64,000 nt of DNA, from the NCBI GenBank assembly GCA_047947115.1, contig CP170459.1:4160001-4224000 (forward strand). Reading direction: 5' to 3'. The translations under genes and the position numbers were made by a program. Source of the DNA: Verrucomicrobiota bacterium (lineage in GTDB: Bacteria > Verrucomicrobiota > Verrucomicrobiia > Limisphaerales > AAA164-E04). Below the pieces are notes generated by a model, which saw only the letters and a list, made by a program, of their open reading frames with translations, was not told the origin of the DNA and did not search any database. Shown here piece after piece: positions 1 through 9,239 of this stretch (position 1 is its first letter; each line of letters starts with the position of its first letter).

Positions 1-1541
1 AAAATTTTATCCACCAGAATCAATTCCGGTCGTGCCAGGAAAGCCCGCGCCATGCAAAGTTTGACTCGCTCTGAATCTGATAATGGGTGTCCCCCGGGGC
101 GAAGGGAGGAATTTAGTCCATCTTTCATTCGGCGTATTCGTTCGAGTAAACCGACGGAATTCAAGGCTTCGTTGACGTCACTCAGCGGTATGGATGGGTC
201 ATTCAGTGCAAGGTTCTCCAGAATGGATCCTTCGAACAGCTCAACACCACGTATGAAGACCACCTTGGATCTCAGTTCGTGGATGTTGGTGTGCCTGATA
301 TCCTGACCGTTCAGGAACACCATCCCCTCTCCTACCGGTCGCAACCCAAAAAGCAATTCCAACAGAGTTCCCGTACCTGCTCCGACCGGCCCGGTAATCC
401 CGACAATTTCGCCATTTCCAATTTCCAGCTTCACCCCTTTGAACAATGGAGGAGCCTGTCCGAAGGAAAATCCGAGGTTTTCGAGTTTCAAATGCACCCC
501 GTTACCAGTATGGATGAATGTCTCCCCACTTTCCTCTTCAATTTCCATGTCCACGAGACTTCCCAGTTTGTCCGTTGCGGCCAAGGCATCGTACCAGGCT
601 TCGATGTGCTTACCGAAATTGACCACGGCCGCAACAATGGCACTGACAATCAGCTCACTTGCCACCAATTGCCCGAGCGTCAGTTCACCGCGCAAGACAA
701 GCCATCCTCCAATGGCCAGGAGACCGGCACTTGCCAGGGCCTGGATGCTCAACAACCCTATCAGTTGCCGCAAAAGAATGCGATAATGGCGTTTGCGGCA
801 GGTCAAATAGTCATCCACCAGTTTGTCTGCCATGTGTGTGGAATATTTCTTGGCCTGTTGCCATTTGAACAGGAGTGGAAACATGACAATTTGCTCAAAC
901 CAACCGGCAACGGCGTGTTTGGCATACGATTCCTGGATACTTGTCCTGACTCCAAATCTTCCCAACCCAAAGAAAACGATCATCAAAGCCATCACCAAAA
1001 TAAAGTCAAATGCCAGCAGAAAAGGATGGTAAAATCCCAATACCACTAATCCGATCAGGGCGCTCAACAGCACATTGACAGCGTCCAGCAGGATCAGGGC
1101 GCTGCTTTTCTGCAGGGTGGTCACGTCCAGAAAACGGTTGATCAACTCTACAGACTTGGCTTTCTGCAATGCCGCCAGCTTCAGTCGAGGCAAACGATAA
1201 GCGAGATCTGCAGACACACGTCCGAATATTCGCTGTTGGATCAATTCCGCCACTGCATGTTGAGCAGCACTAATCATGGACAACAAAGCAAGAAATACCA
1301 GCAGAGCGACACTAAAAATCAACAAGGTCTGCACATAAACCTGCTGCTGCCCTCCAAAAGCAATGTTCTGAACAACAGCATCCACCGCGAGCGGGGTTGC
1401 CAGATAGAGCATCCCCGTGATCACTGAAAAAAAACAAATGATCCCTATATCAATCCGTTCCGGCTTCAGCAGAGCGAACAGACGGTGGTGGGGCGCGGGA
1501 TGATGCCCCTGGTGATGGTCGTGTTGGTTTGAATCATTCAT
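1..1541 (-). CDS. ABC exporter, fused permease + degenerate ATP-binding domain (3' end runs off the window)
   Basis: Absent from the ORF track because its stop lies outside the window. Hand translation from ATG 1541 gives MNDSNQHDHHQGHHPAPHHRLFALLKPE..., about 6 TM segments (…GELTLGQLVASELIV…), then an NBD with GPVGAGTGT / LSDSE / LILVDK. Confidence 0.85.
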   Translation of the reverse strand, partial: MNDSNQHDHHQGHHPAPHHRLFALLKPERIDIGIICFFSVITGMLYLATPLAVDAVVQNIAFGGQQQVYVQTLLIFSVALLVFLALLSMISAAQHAVAELIQQRIFGRVSADLAYRLPRLKLAALQKAKSVELINRFLDVTTLQKSSALILLDAVNVLLSALIGLVVLGFYHPFLLAFDFILVMALMIVFFGLGRFGVRTSIQESYAKHAVAGWFEQIVMFPLLFKWQQAKKYSTHMADKLVDDYLTCRKRHYRILLRQLIGLLSIQALASAGLLAIGGWLVLRGELTLGQLVASELIVSAIVAAVVNFGKHIEAWYDALAATDKLGSLVDMEIEEESGETFIHTGNGVHLKLENLGFSFGQAPPLFKGVKLEIGNGEIVGITGPVGAGTGTLLELLFGLRPVGEGMVFLNGQDIRHTNIHELRSKVVFIRGVELFEGSILENLALNDPSIPLSDVNEALNSVGLLERIRRMKDGLNSSLRPGGHPLSDSERVKLCMARAFLARPELILVDKI

Positions 1542-1628
1542 TTGTTTAATAAGGGCATGCAATCCAGAGTGGATCTAGTAAAAGCCGGCTCAAGATTGAC
1601 CATGGAGGCAAGTGGCGCAAGTTGTTTC

Positions 1629-1644
1629 ACGAATAATTTTTCGC
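1629..1644. promoter_or_regulatory. Candidate operator ACGAATAATTTTTCGC upstream of the ABC exporter
   Basis: Imperfect palindrome closely matching the 16-bp site at 4490-4505. Confidence 0.55.
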
Positions 1645-1664
1645 ATTTATTTATCGTATGATGG

Positions 1665-4463
1665 TTAGCCGGTTGTTCGCTGTCCGCTGGCAATGGCGTT
1701 GACAATCACCAGAAGCTCCGAAAGTTGTTCCGGCTTTTGCTCGCGTCGCCAGTCTTGCAGCAATTTGATTTGTCGCTGATGCAACATTTTAAGGTCGTGA
1801 TCTCTCGCATGCAGGGTTTTGAAGAATCTGGGCCTGCGCCGGCTCAAAGGACCTTCAAAGGTTTCATCCAGGAGTTTGCGCGTTCGGGCGTGTTCACTCA
1901 GAATGACCATCATGCATTGGTCTCGAAGTGCTTGATCCGGCACCAATGAAGCATAGGTCTCCATGATGTCTGTATCGGCACTTTCCAAACTCGACTCAAC
2001 ATTGTAGATCAAATAACGGAGAAATGGAAGCTCTTGAACACCACGACGCAAAGTTTGGAGGAAATCTTCTTCCTTTAGGACAAGCTGCTCCAGTGCCGTC
2101 CCCACTCCGAACCAACCCGGCAGATAAAACCTGGCCTGATTCCAACTGAAAACCCAAGGGATGGCGCGCATGTCCTGAACCGTTCTCAGTCCGCTTCGGG
2201 CCGCAGGTCTTGACCCGATTCGACTGTTCTGAAGGACATCCACAGGGGTTGAATGTCGAAAAAATGTTTCGAAGCCGTCTGTGTGTATCAGTTTTTGATA
2301 AGCATCCCGACTGATTTGAGCCAGTGAATCCAACCTGTCTTCCCAAACTGCTGGAATGGAGGATCTTTCGTTATTAAGTCGCCCTGCATGTGTTCCGGCG
2401 AACCACAGTTCGAGGTTGTTTGATGCGGTCAACACGTTGCTGTATTTCTGAGCAATGGTTTCGCCTTGTTCTGTCAGACGCACACCTGGTTCCAAACTGC
2501 CCGGTGGCAGCGCTTCCAGAAAACGGTCTGTAGGACCCGCCCCACGACTAACCGTGCCACCTCGACCATGAAAAAACTGAAAAACAAGTCCAAGCTCCTT
2601 CCCTAAACGGATCAAATCCACTTGGGCTTTGCGCACATGCCACAAACTGGACAGTATCCCTCCATCCTTGTTGCTGTCACTGTAACCAAGCATGACGGGT
2701 TGAACCAAGGATCCTCCAGAGGTCATCGACCATTCATCAACTGAATCACCCGGTCGTGCTTCTTCATCAAATTCTTTTCGCCAAAGTGGCAGACTACATG
2801 TGGTCACTGGATGAGACAAAAATGAACTCATGATCCCCTGACTTTTCTGCAAGTCATCGAGAGTTTCGAATAGTGGCACGACTGGGAGAAGACAGGCCAA
2901 TCCCTTCTCCCCTTCCACCATCAATCCGGCTTCACGGCACAAGAGATAAACTATGAGCAAATCCGAAACGCTTCGCGTCATGCTGACAATGAGGTAGCCA
3001 ATCCCCCCTCTACCGTATCGCTTCATGTGGTCAGCCAGGCAACCCAATGCACCAATGGTTGCGGCGGCTTCCTCAGGCAGACGTGTCGAGGGCGAGCTGA
3101 AAGGTCGGAGAGTTTCCAGCTCTTCGGTCAAGAACGCAATCTTTTGGTGTTCGGTCATCGAAGAAAAGGAGGCAGCTTCCTCCATATTCGCAACTTCCAA
3201 CAATTGGATAAGGGCTTTCTCGTGGTAAGTTGAGTTTTGACGCACGTCCAGTCGGGCCATGTGGAATCCGTAAACATCGATCAACCGTCTCAATGGAGCG
3301 AGTTCGTTGATGATCAGTCGGTCTGCACGTACCGCCTTTAACGAGCTCTCCAAAATATCCAGATCAGCGATCAGCTGGCTTGGGTGCTGATAAAAAGCCT
3401 CTCTGCCTGTTGAACGCACCAATAGTTGGCGCAGGTGAAAAACAAACTCTTTCCAAGGTTCCTCCTCAAGTCTGATCCCAGGAGTCATGCCACCCATTTG
3501 AGCCTCTCTCAATTCCTTCAAACGCAGCATCATGGCGTCAGAAGGGCTTTGGCTCAACCTGGACAAGGGCAGTCGGGCCCCCAATTGATCCAACGCTTCT
3601 CCCACGACATCCAGGGCTCCTTCCCTGAGCACGCTGAGCGTTTCACGGGTTACTTCAGGCGTGACAAACGGATGTCCATCGCGATCACCTCCCACCCACA
3701 TGCCCAGCCGGAGTCCGGGCAGTGTATGATGGGATGCAAGCTTGTTCCGATCGAGACCATGTCGCCGTAATGTGTTCAGCAAGCGCCGGTCGTGCATTCT
3801 CAAGGCCTGGGGAAATTTCGTGCGCAAATAATACAGAATGTTGTTGCGCTCCGATGTCAAATCAGGTTTTGAGAGGGGTATCTCTCCTGTCCTCCAAAGC
3901 CGCTCCAATACATCTTTGATGTCCTCCAGAATCACCTCACGTTCGGAATCGGTGAATATCTTGTTTTCAAGCTGAAACAACAGCAGATACAGCTCTCTGT
4001 GCTGATCCAAAATACTGGCTTTTTTGGACTCGGTAGGATGTGCAGTGAAGACAATGTCCACCTTTGCCCGGGATAGGCTTGTCACAAGGGATTCCGGTGT
4101 GCGGCATGCTTCGGGCAGTCGCTTGATGGAGTGGGCCCAGGAACCGGAAACCACCTCTTCCCCCCCTGCAGACTGGCGTCGTCGATTCATCTGGTTTGCG
4201 GCATTTTCTTCCACCAGATTGAGGATTTGAAACAGAATGGACAGCAACTGCACAGATTCCTGGTCGGTCACAAGATCCCCCTTATGGCCGTCATGCAACT
4301 TGGTTAACGGACACAGACGTTCCAACCCCATGTCGTTGAGCACTTCATCCAGACATTTTCGCAACAACCGTTCATCACGCTCAATTTTGTCAAATCCCTC
4401 TGACAGCCAGGCATCCATTTGCCCGGCTGATTCCTTCGTTGCAGCTGCGTCTGATTGTTTCAT
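1665..4463 (-). CDS. ppc: Phosphoenolpyruvate carboxylase
   Basis: 932 aa with PEPC motifs VFTAHPTE, WVGGDRDGHP, MLGYSDSNKDGG, FHGRGGTVSRG, RAIPWVFSW and C-terminal RTTG. Confidence 0.97.
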   Translation of the reverse strand: MKQSDAAATKESAGQMDAWLSEGFDKIERDERLLRKCLDEVLNDMGLERLCPLTKLHDGHKGDLVTDQESVQLLSILFQILNLVEENAANQMNRRRQSAGGEEVVSGSWAHSIKRLPEACRTPESLVTSLSRAKVDIVFTAHPTESKKASILDQHRELYLLLFQLENKIFTDSEREVILEDIKDVLERLWRTGEIPLSKPDLTSERNNILYYLRTKFPQALRMHDRRLLNTLRRHGLDRNKLASHHTLPGLRLGMWVGGDRDGHPFVTPEVTRETLSVLREGALDVVGEALDQLGARLPLSRLSQSPSDAMMLRLKELREAQMGGMTPGIRLEEEPWKEFVFHLRQLLVRSTGREAFYQHPSQLIADLDILESSLKAVRADRLIINELAPLRRLIDVYGFHMARLDVRQNSTYHEKALIQLLEVANMEEAASFSSMTEHQKIAFLTEELETLRPFSSPSTRLPEEAAATIGALGCLADHMKRYGRGGIGYLIVSMTRSVSDLLIVYLLCREAGLMVEGEKGLACLLPVVPLFETLDDLQKSQGIMSSFLSHPVTTCSLPLWRKEFDEEARPGDSVDEWSMTSGGSLVQPVMLGYSDSNKDGGILSSLWHVRKAQVDLIRLGKELGLVFQFFHGRGGTVSRGAGPTDRFLEALPPGSLEPGVRLTEQGETIAQKYSNVLTASNNLELWFAGTHAGRLNNERSSIPAVWEDRLDSLAQISRDAYQKLIHTDGFETFFRHSTPVDVLQNSRIGSRPAARSGLRTVQDMRAIPWVFSWNQARFYLPGWFGVGTALEQLVLKEEDFLQTLRRGVQELPFLRYLIYNVESSLESADTDIMETYASLVPDQALRDQCMMVILSEHARTRKLLDETFEGPLSRRRPRFFKTLHARDHDLKMLHQRQIKLLQDWRREQKPEQLSELLVIVNAIASGQRTTG

Positions 4464-4486
4464 GTTTTTTTATTCCTAATTTCGTT

Positions 4487-4515
4487 TTGACGAATTATTA
4501 TTCGTAAATTAGTAT
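4487..4515 (+). promoter_or_regulatory. Sigma70-like promoter (TTGACG-17-TAGTAT) overlapped by palindrome ACGAAT-TATT-ATTCGT (4490-4505)
   Basis: Read directly in the 63-bp gap between divergent ppc and the regulator. Confidence 0.65.
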
Positions 4516-4526
4516 TCCATCACGCT

Positions 4527-4841
4527 ATGTCAACTCCTGTTAAAACAAATCGTTCAAAGGCGACTCAAAACTCTGGGACTTGGACCTTTTTGACTAATCA
4601 TTCGCATGTTTTGATTTGCCTCACCCGCAATCCGGACATGGTGCTCCGCGAAGTGGCTTATGAAGTCGGCATCACTGAACGAGCCGTGCAACGTATTGTG
4701 CAGGAACTGGAAGAGGCTGGTGCTATCCAGCGAATCAAATGTGGACGTCAGAACCACTATCGCATCAATCGAAAGTGCAAACTCCGCCATGATATAGAAA
4801 ACCATCGAACTTTGGGGGAACTCTTGGACACCATTGATTGA
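4527..4841 (+). CDS. Small winged helix-turn-helix transcriptional regulator (MarR/AsnC-like)
   Basis: [11 protein letters not shown]...[29 protein letters not shown], followed by a GRQNHY wing. Confidence 0.88.
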   Translation: MSTPVKTNRSKATQNSGTWTFLTNHSHVLICLTRNPDMVLREVAYEVGITERAVQRIVQELEEAGAIQRIKCGRQNHYRINRKCKLRHDIENHRTLGELLDTID

Positions 4842-5039
4842 GTGACTCTTGCACCAACCTTCATGACACACCATATCGGAATCTATGACACGAACTCTAT
4901 TCGAAAAGCAGGTCCGCGACAAAATGCATGGATGATTTGATCCCTCCCAACACGTCAAATTTCCAATCAGCTTGGAGGATGATAAAGTATCAAATCCCAA
5001 TGATTCGCTTCCCCCTTCATATCCGCTTGCTGGCTACGG

Positions 5040-6938
5040 TTAAGGAAGAGAGGGACCCAAAATTAAATTTGGAAGGAAGGTTGTCAGGAATGGAATATAG
5101 GTGATCAGCATTACGCTGATGGCAAGCACCAGCAGCATGGGTAAGGCAGATTTGGCAACTTCCATCACCGGGCGGTCGAATCGGTAGGCTGATAAAAAGA
5201 GATTCAATCCGACCGGTGGAGTCAGGTAACCCAGTTCGAGATTGGCCAGAAAAATGATACCCAAGTGAATCGGATCAATGCCAAATTCCACGCCTAAAGG
5301 CAACAAAAGTGGCACCACAACAACGATGGCGGAATAAATATCCATCAAACACCCCACCATCAACAAAAACACATTCAAGGCCAGCAGGAACAGCAACTTG
5401 GATTCAATATTGGCCGTGGCCCATTCGATGGCCATGTCGGGAATCATGGCAAATACCAGAAAATCTTTGGTAAAACTCATGGCTACCCCAAGAATCAAAA
5501 GTACTCCCCCAACCAGAAGACCACACTCTGTCATCACCCTTGGCAGATCTTTCCATGGATGTATCTCACGATGCACAACCACTTCTACGAACAATGCGTA
5601 AAGAGCCGTGAGGGCAGCAGCAGCGACCGGTGTACTGAAAACGCCACTGAAGAGGGCAGTCAGGGCGACGACGGGAATCATCAACTCCCATTTGGCTTCC
5701 CATAGGGCGATTCGAGCTTCCTTCCACTCAAATCGTTGTCCAGCTACGGCTTCCTTGGATACCAAGCGTCGACTGTAAAGCGTCATCAAAACAACCATCA
5801 ACAGTCCGGGAATCAAACCGCCCAAAAACATATGTTCAAGTCGCAGTCCGGTCGGAACATTGGCATTGGCGACGATGAAATAAAGGATAATGGGAAGCGA
5901 AGGAGGAAAAAGGATGCCCAGCGCCCCTGCTCCGGTGATCAAACCCAGTGAAGGTCGATCACCATATTTCGCAGAAGTCAAAACCGGCATTAACAAAGGT
6001 CCAAGTGCCAGAATGGTCACACCGGACCCCCCGGTAAATGCCGTAAAGAAAGCACAGACCATGACGGTAACGATAGCGGGACCGGCACGGAACTGCCCGA
6101 CAAAGGCCTGAAACACCCTCACAAGACGTTTGGACGCCTGACTTTCCGCCATAAAATATCCTGCCAGCGTGAACAAGGGGATGGTGGGGATCAGGGCTTC
6201 GGTAGACATGGAGTAGTGGCTCGTCGCCACGCCGGAAATCGGAAAATCTTCCAACCAAAGGTAGATCAGTGTCGCGCCTCCCAAAGCAGTATATAGAGGA
6301 GCACCCAATAGTGTTGCAGCCACAAGGATGCCGACGGAAGGCCAGAGCATTTTTTCCAGAGGAATCCAGCCCTTCCAGAGAACCCACCCCATGCAAACAG
6401 CAAGGATACAGGTGATGACTTTCACCCACCATTGCTTCCCGGAACCCCAGACCAGCCTGACAGCAATCAGTCCGAAACCAAAAGGCAGGACCGTTTGAAT
6501 CCACCACCGGGCCACGCCATAGGCAATCTCATTTCCGGCCCCCTTTTCGTCTTGAAGAAAAAGCCAGCCCGCATAGGCCAGCACACCTGTAATGACCGTT
6601 GCCCAACTGTTCGCAAAGATGTCCGCAGCCGCCTTCCAGGGCCCCTTGAGGAATTGTGCGATGGTTGAAATCGCCAACAAACGCTGATCACGAGCAGCGA
6701 TCGCACCACCGATCATGCCGATGATCAGTGAGAAGTGCATTACAAATTCCGCTTCACCCTCAATGCCCGTATTGAAAAAACCCCGCAAGACTCTTTCAAA
6801 CAAGGGTAGAAGAATCAGTGCAAACAGACAAACCACCAGCAAGCCATTTTCAACACCGTGGATACAACGCAACCAAACCGGAGTCTTTTCGATTGCGGAT
6901 GAACTGTTCGAATGATCTGAATGAATGGAGCCTGCCAT
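5040..6938 (-). CDS. dctM: TRAP transporter fused small+large permease (DctQM)
   Basis: 632 aa, highly hydrophobic; IPLFTLAG, GILFPPSLP, GIDPIHLGII, GYLTPPVGLNLF. Confidence 0.92.
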   Translation of the reverse strand: MAGSIHSDHSNSSSAIEKTPVWLRCIHGVENGLLVVCLFALILLPLFERVLRGFFNTGIEGEAEFVMHFSLIIGMIGGAIAARDQRLLAISTIAQFLKGPWKAAADIFANSWATVITGVLAYAGWLFLQDEKGAGNEIAYGVARWWIQTVLPFGFGLIAVRLVWGSGKQWWVKVITCILAVCMGWVLWKGWIPLEKMLWPSVGILVAATLLGAPLYTALGGATLIYLWLEDFPISGVATSHYSMSTEALIPTIPLFTLAGYFMAESQASKRLVRVFQAFVGQFRAGPAIVTVMVCAFFTAFTGGSGVTILALGPLLMPVLTSAKYGDRPSLGLITGAGALGILFPPSLPIILYFIVANANVPTGLRLEHMFLGGLIPGLLMVVLMTLYSRRLVSKEAVAGQRFEWKEARIALWEAKWELMIPVVALTALFSGVFSTPVAAAALTALYALFVEVVVHREIHPWKDLPRVMTECGLLVGGVLLILGVAMSFTKDFLVFAMIPDMAIEWATANIESKLLFLLALNVFLLMVGCLMDIYSAIVVVVPLLLPLGVEFGIDPIHLGIIFLANLELGYLTPPVGLNLFLSAYRFDRPVMEVAKSALPMLLVLAISVMLITYIPFLTTFLPNLILGPSLP

Positions 6939-7041
6939 TGAATTATATTGGGGGCTTGTTGTTACGTAAACACACGCGGAAGCCGTCGGTCATCAGGGAT
7001 GTTGCCCGGATTTGGGCTAGTGCAGCCAATAGAAGGTTTCC

Positions 7042-8064
7042 CTATTCCTTACGGTATGCTTTAAGCAATGCCTGGACTTTTTCAAACACGGCTTCATCCA
7101 CCATCAGCCCACGAATTTCGGGATATGCTTTGGCAGTTTCGACACGCCACTCCTCCAGTTCCTCAGGGGTGGGCTCAATGACGGTCAGGCCACGCTTTTT
7201 CATGGCTGCAATAGACTCTTCAGCTTCGCGTAAACCATCCTCCTGGATTGCTTTGGCAGCCTTTTCGGCTGCGGATCTGAGATGGGCTTGCTGAGGTTTG
7301 CTGAGATTATCCCAAGTGCTTTTATTGATCACCAGGCCGCCCACCAGCGCACCCCAGTTGATTTTCAACATATAAGGGGCTCGTGTGTCGACCTGACTGA
7401 AATTGGCCGCCATCGGCGGCATGACCACCGAGGTAATCATGCCGGTCTGCAAGCCTGGGACGATATCTTTTGTTTCCAGAGGCACCGGATGAAACCCGTT
7501 ATTCTGAAGCACCTTCACCACTTCCGGATTCCCTGCCCAGGAAAATATCTTCGTCTTGCGGACATCATTGATGGTGTGAATGGGTTCTTTGGAGAAGAAA
7601 TGTACCCAACCCGCATGTGTCCACCCCAAAACGACAAACCCCTTTTTCTCCATCAAGTCGGCCAGTTCGCTTCCAAGTGCCTCGGAGACATGTTCCACCT
7701 CCTCAAGAGAGCGAAACATCAATGGCACGTCCTGCAGTCCGCTGACTTTGGGTTCGATTTCAGACAATCCCACTGTGGTCATCAGCCCCACCTGCAATTG
7801 CCCTGAACGCATCCTGCGAACCATCTCTGCTTCACCGCCCAAACGGCCATCCGGATAAATACTGAGAGCAACACCACCGCCTGGAGCGTTTTTCCAGGCT
7901 GTTTCCATTTCTTTGAGGTGATTGTAATAGGAAGACCCCTTGGGAACCAAGGTGCCCAAGCGCAATCGCTGAGCTCCCTGCAAGTCGGAAATATTGCCCA
8001 AAAGCAATCCAACTGCGGCCAATAAGTATCCGAGCGATTTCATGGAAACGAAAGATTTTGTCAT
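7042..8064 (-). CDS. dctP: TRAP substrate-binding protein DctP
   Basis: Signal peptide then LRLGTLVPKGS, YPDGRLGGEAEMVRRMRSGQL. Start uncertain (8139, 8064 or 8043). Confidence 0.9.
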   Translation of the reverse strand: MTKSFVSMKSLGYLLAAVGLLLGNISDLQGAQRLRLGTLVPKGSSYYNHLKEMETAWKNAPGGGVALSIYPDGRLGGEAEMVRRMRSGQLQVGLMTTVGLSEIEPKVSGLQDVPLMFRSLEEVEHVSEALGSELADLMEKKGFVVLGWTHAGWVHFFSKEPIHTINDVRKTKIFSWAGNPEVVKVLQNNGFHPVPLETKDIVPGLQTGMITSVVMPPMAANFSQVDTRAPYMLKINWGALVGGLVINKSTWDNLSKPQQAHLRSAAEKAAKAIQEDGLREAEESIAAMKKRGLTVIEPTPEELEEWRVETAKAYPEIRGLMVDEAVFEKVQALLKAYRKE

Positions 8065-8125
8065 GTGTAATATCAAGTTTAACGATTTTAACGCATTGCG
8101 GTTTGTCCGAATGACAGCATTTGAA

Positions 8126-9070
8126 TCATTCAATATCATCCAGCGGTGGCAATATCAGATCATCCTGATGCTCCAGCAGCCATCGAGCCCTGCGTTGCAT
8201 CAGTATATTGACCAATCGGTACTGTAAATATTCATCCGGATCAATCATCAATGCCTGGTGAAGCAATAATTCAAATAATTCGGCATCCTGATCCTGCACG
8301 GCAACTGATTCCGCCAAAGCCACATACGGCGACACCTGTTCCCCTTTGGAATACTCGATGGCTTTATCAAAATGAAATTTGGCAGCTTCTACCGGATCGA
8401 CATTGCTGGTCTGCCGTGCCATGGAATAGGTGATCATGAAACTGTGAATCGCCCCGTGTTCCCAAGTTGGATCCAGTTCCAGCGCCCTGTCCATCAACGC
8501 TTCCAACTGCGGAATCTCAGCGATCAGGTGAGGGTCTTCCTTGGACAAATTGACAGCTCCAGCCCACGCCGCGGCGGTCCAGTAAATCTGAGGTACTTCT
8601 GCTTTTACCAGATCTCCCACAGCCTGCATCGGGTCGGAGGCAAGGCGATCAGCAAATCCTGAATGATTTAATTCCAAAGCTTTCAATCCATAATTTCTGG
8701 AGCGCAAAAACAAATTTGCCGCACGTTCTCTCAACGCCTGGGCTGCTTCAAAATCCTCCTCCTCCAATCGATCTGCATCCATCTGCAGAAAGGCATAGGC
8801 ATATTGTGCATACGCGCTGCTCGTTGCCAACAGCAAGGGCTGATGATCCGGAATTTCGGCCAACAGACTTTCCATCAGTTTGAGTGAAAAAGGCAGTGCT
8901 TCACGAATGAGTTCAGGATCGTTTTCGGAGGAAAAAGTTGTTCCGGTTCCGGCAAAAGCATTGCCCACCTGGCGAATAGCCATTTTTTTCACCGAACATC
9001 CACCGCAACATGCCACCAGGCATGCCAAGCAAAGGATGTGGATTACCTTTATTCTACTGAAAAAATTCAT
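8126..9070 (-). CDS. TRAP-associated TatT (TPR-like) lipoprotein
   Basis: Lipobox-like CCGGCS; ENDPELIREALPFSLKLMESLL; helical repeats; lies directly upstream of dctP-dctQM. Start set at ATG 9070 because the longer ORF crosses the ppdK terminator. Confidence 0.85.
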   Translation of the reverse strand: MNFFSRIKVIHILCLACLVACCGGCSVKKMAIRQVGNAFAGTGTTFSSENDPELIREALPFSLKLMESLLAEIPDHQPLLLATSSAYAQYAYAFLQMDADRLEEEDFEAAQALRERAANLFLRSRNYGLKALELNHSGFADRLASDPMQAVGDLVKAEVPQIYWTAAAWAGAVNLSKEDPHLIAEIPQLEALMDRALELDPTWEHGAIHSFMITYSMARQTSNVDPVEAAKFHFDKAIEYSKGEQVSPYVALAESVAVQDQDAELFELLLHQALMIDPDEYLQYRLVNILMQRRARWLLEHQDDLILPPLDDIE

Positions 9071-9171
9071 ATCTACTTTTGCAAGGTGGAACGATCGAGC
9101 TGGCTGGGGCAATTGTCGAGAAAATTGGGAGAAATCCTTCTCTCTTCCATTGTCCTCAAATGTTCCTATGG

Positions 9172-9211
9172 CAAACAAACACCGCCGAAGCGACAAACAC
9201 TTCGGCGGTGT
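9172..9211 (-). terminator. Intrinsic terminator after ppdK
   Basis: 12-bp perfect stem ACACCGCCGAAG / CTTCGGCGGTGT followed by a T-rich run on the minus strand. Confidence 0.75.
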
Positions 9212-9239
9212 GTGAATCATTGCGTGTCAAGCCGACGGC

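Noticed and set aside
279..1427. Plus-strand ORFs (256 aa and others)
   Set aside because: Antisense shadows of the minus-strand ABC exporter gene.
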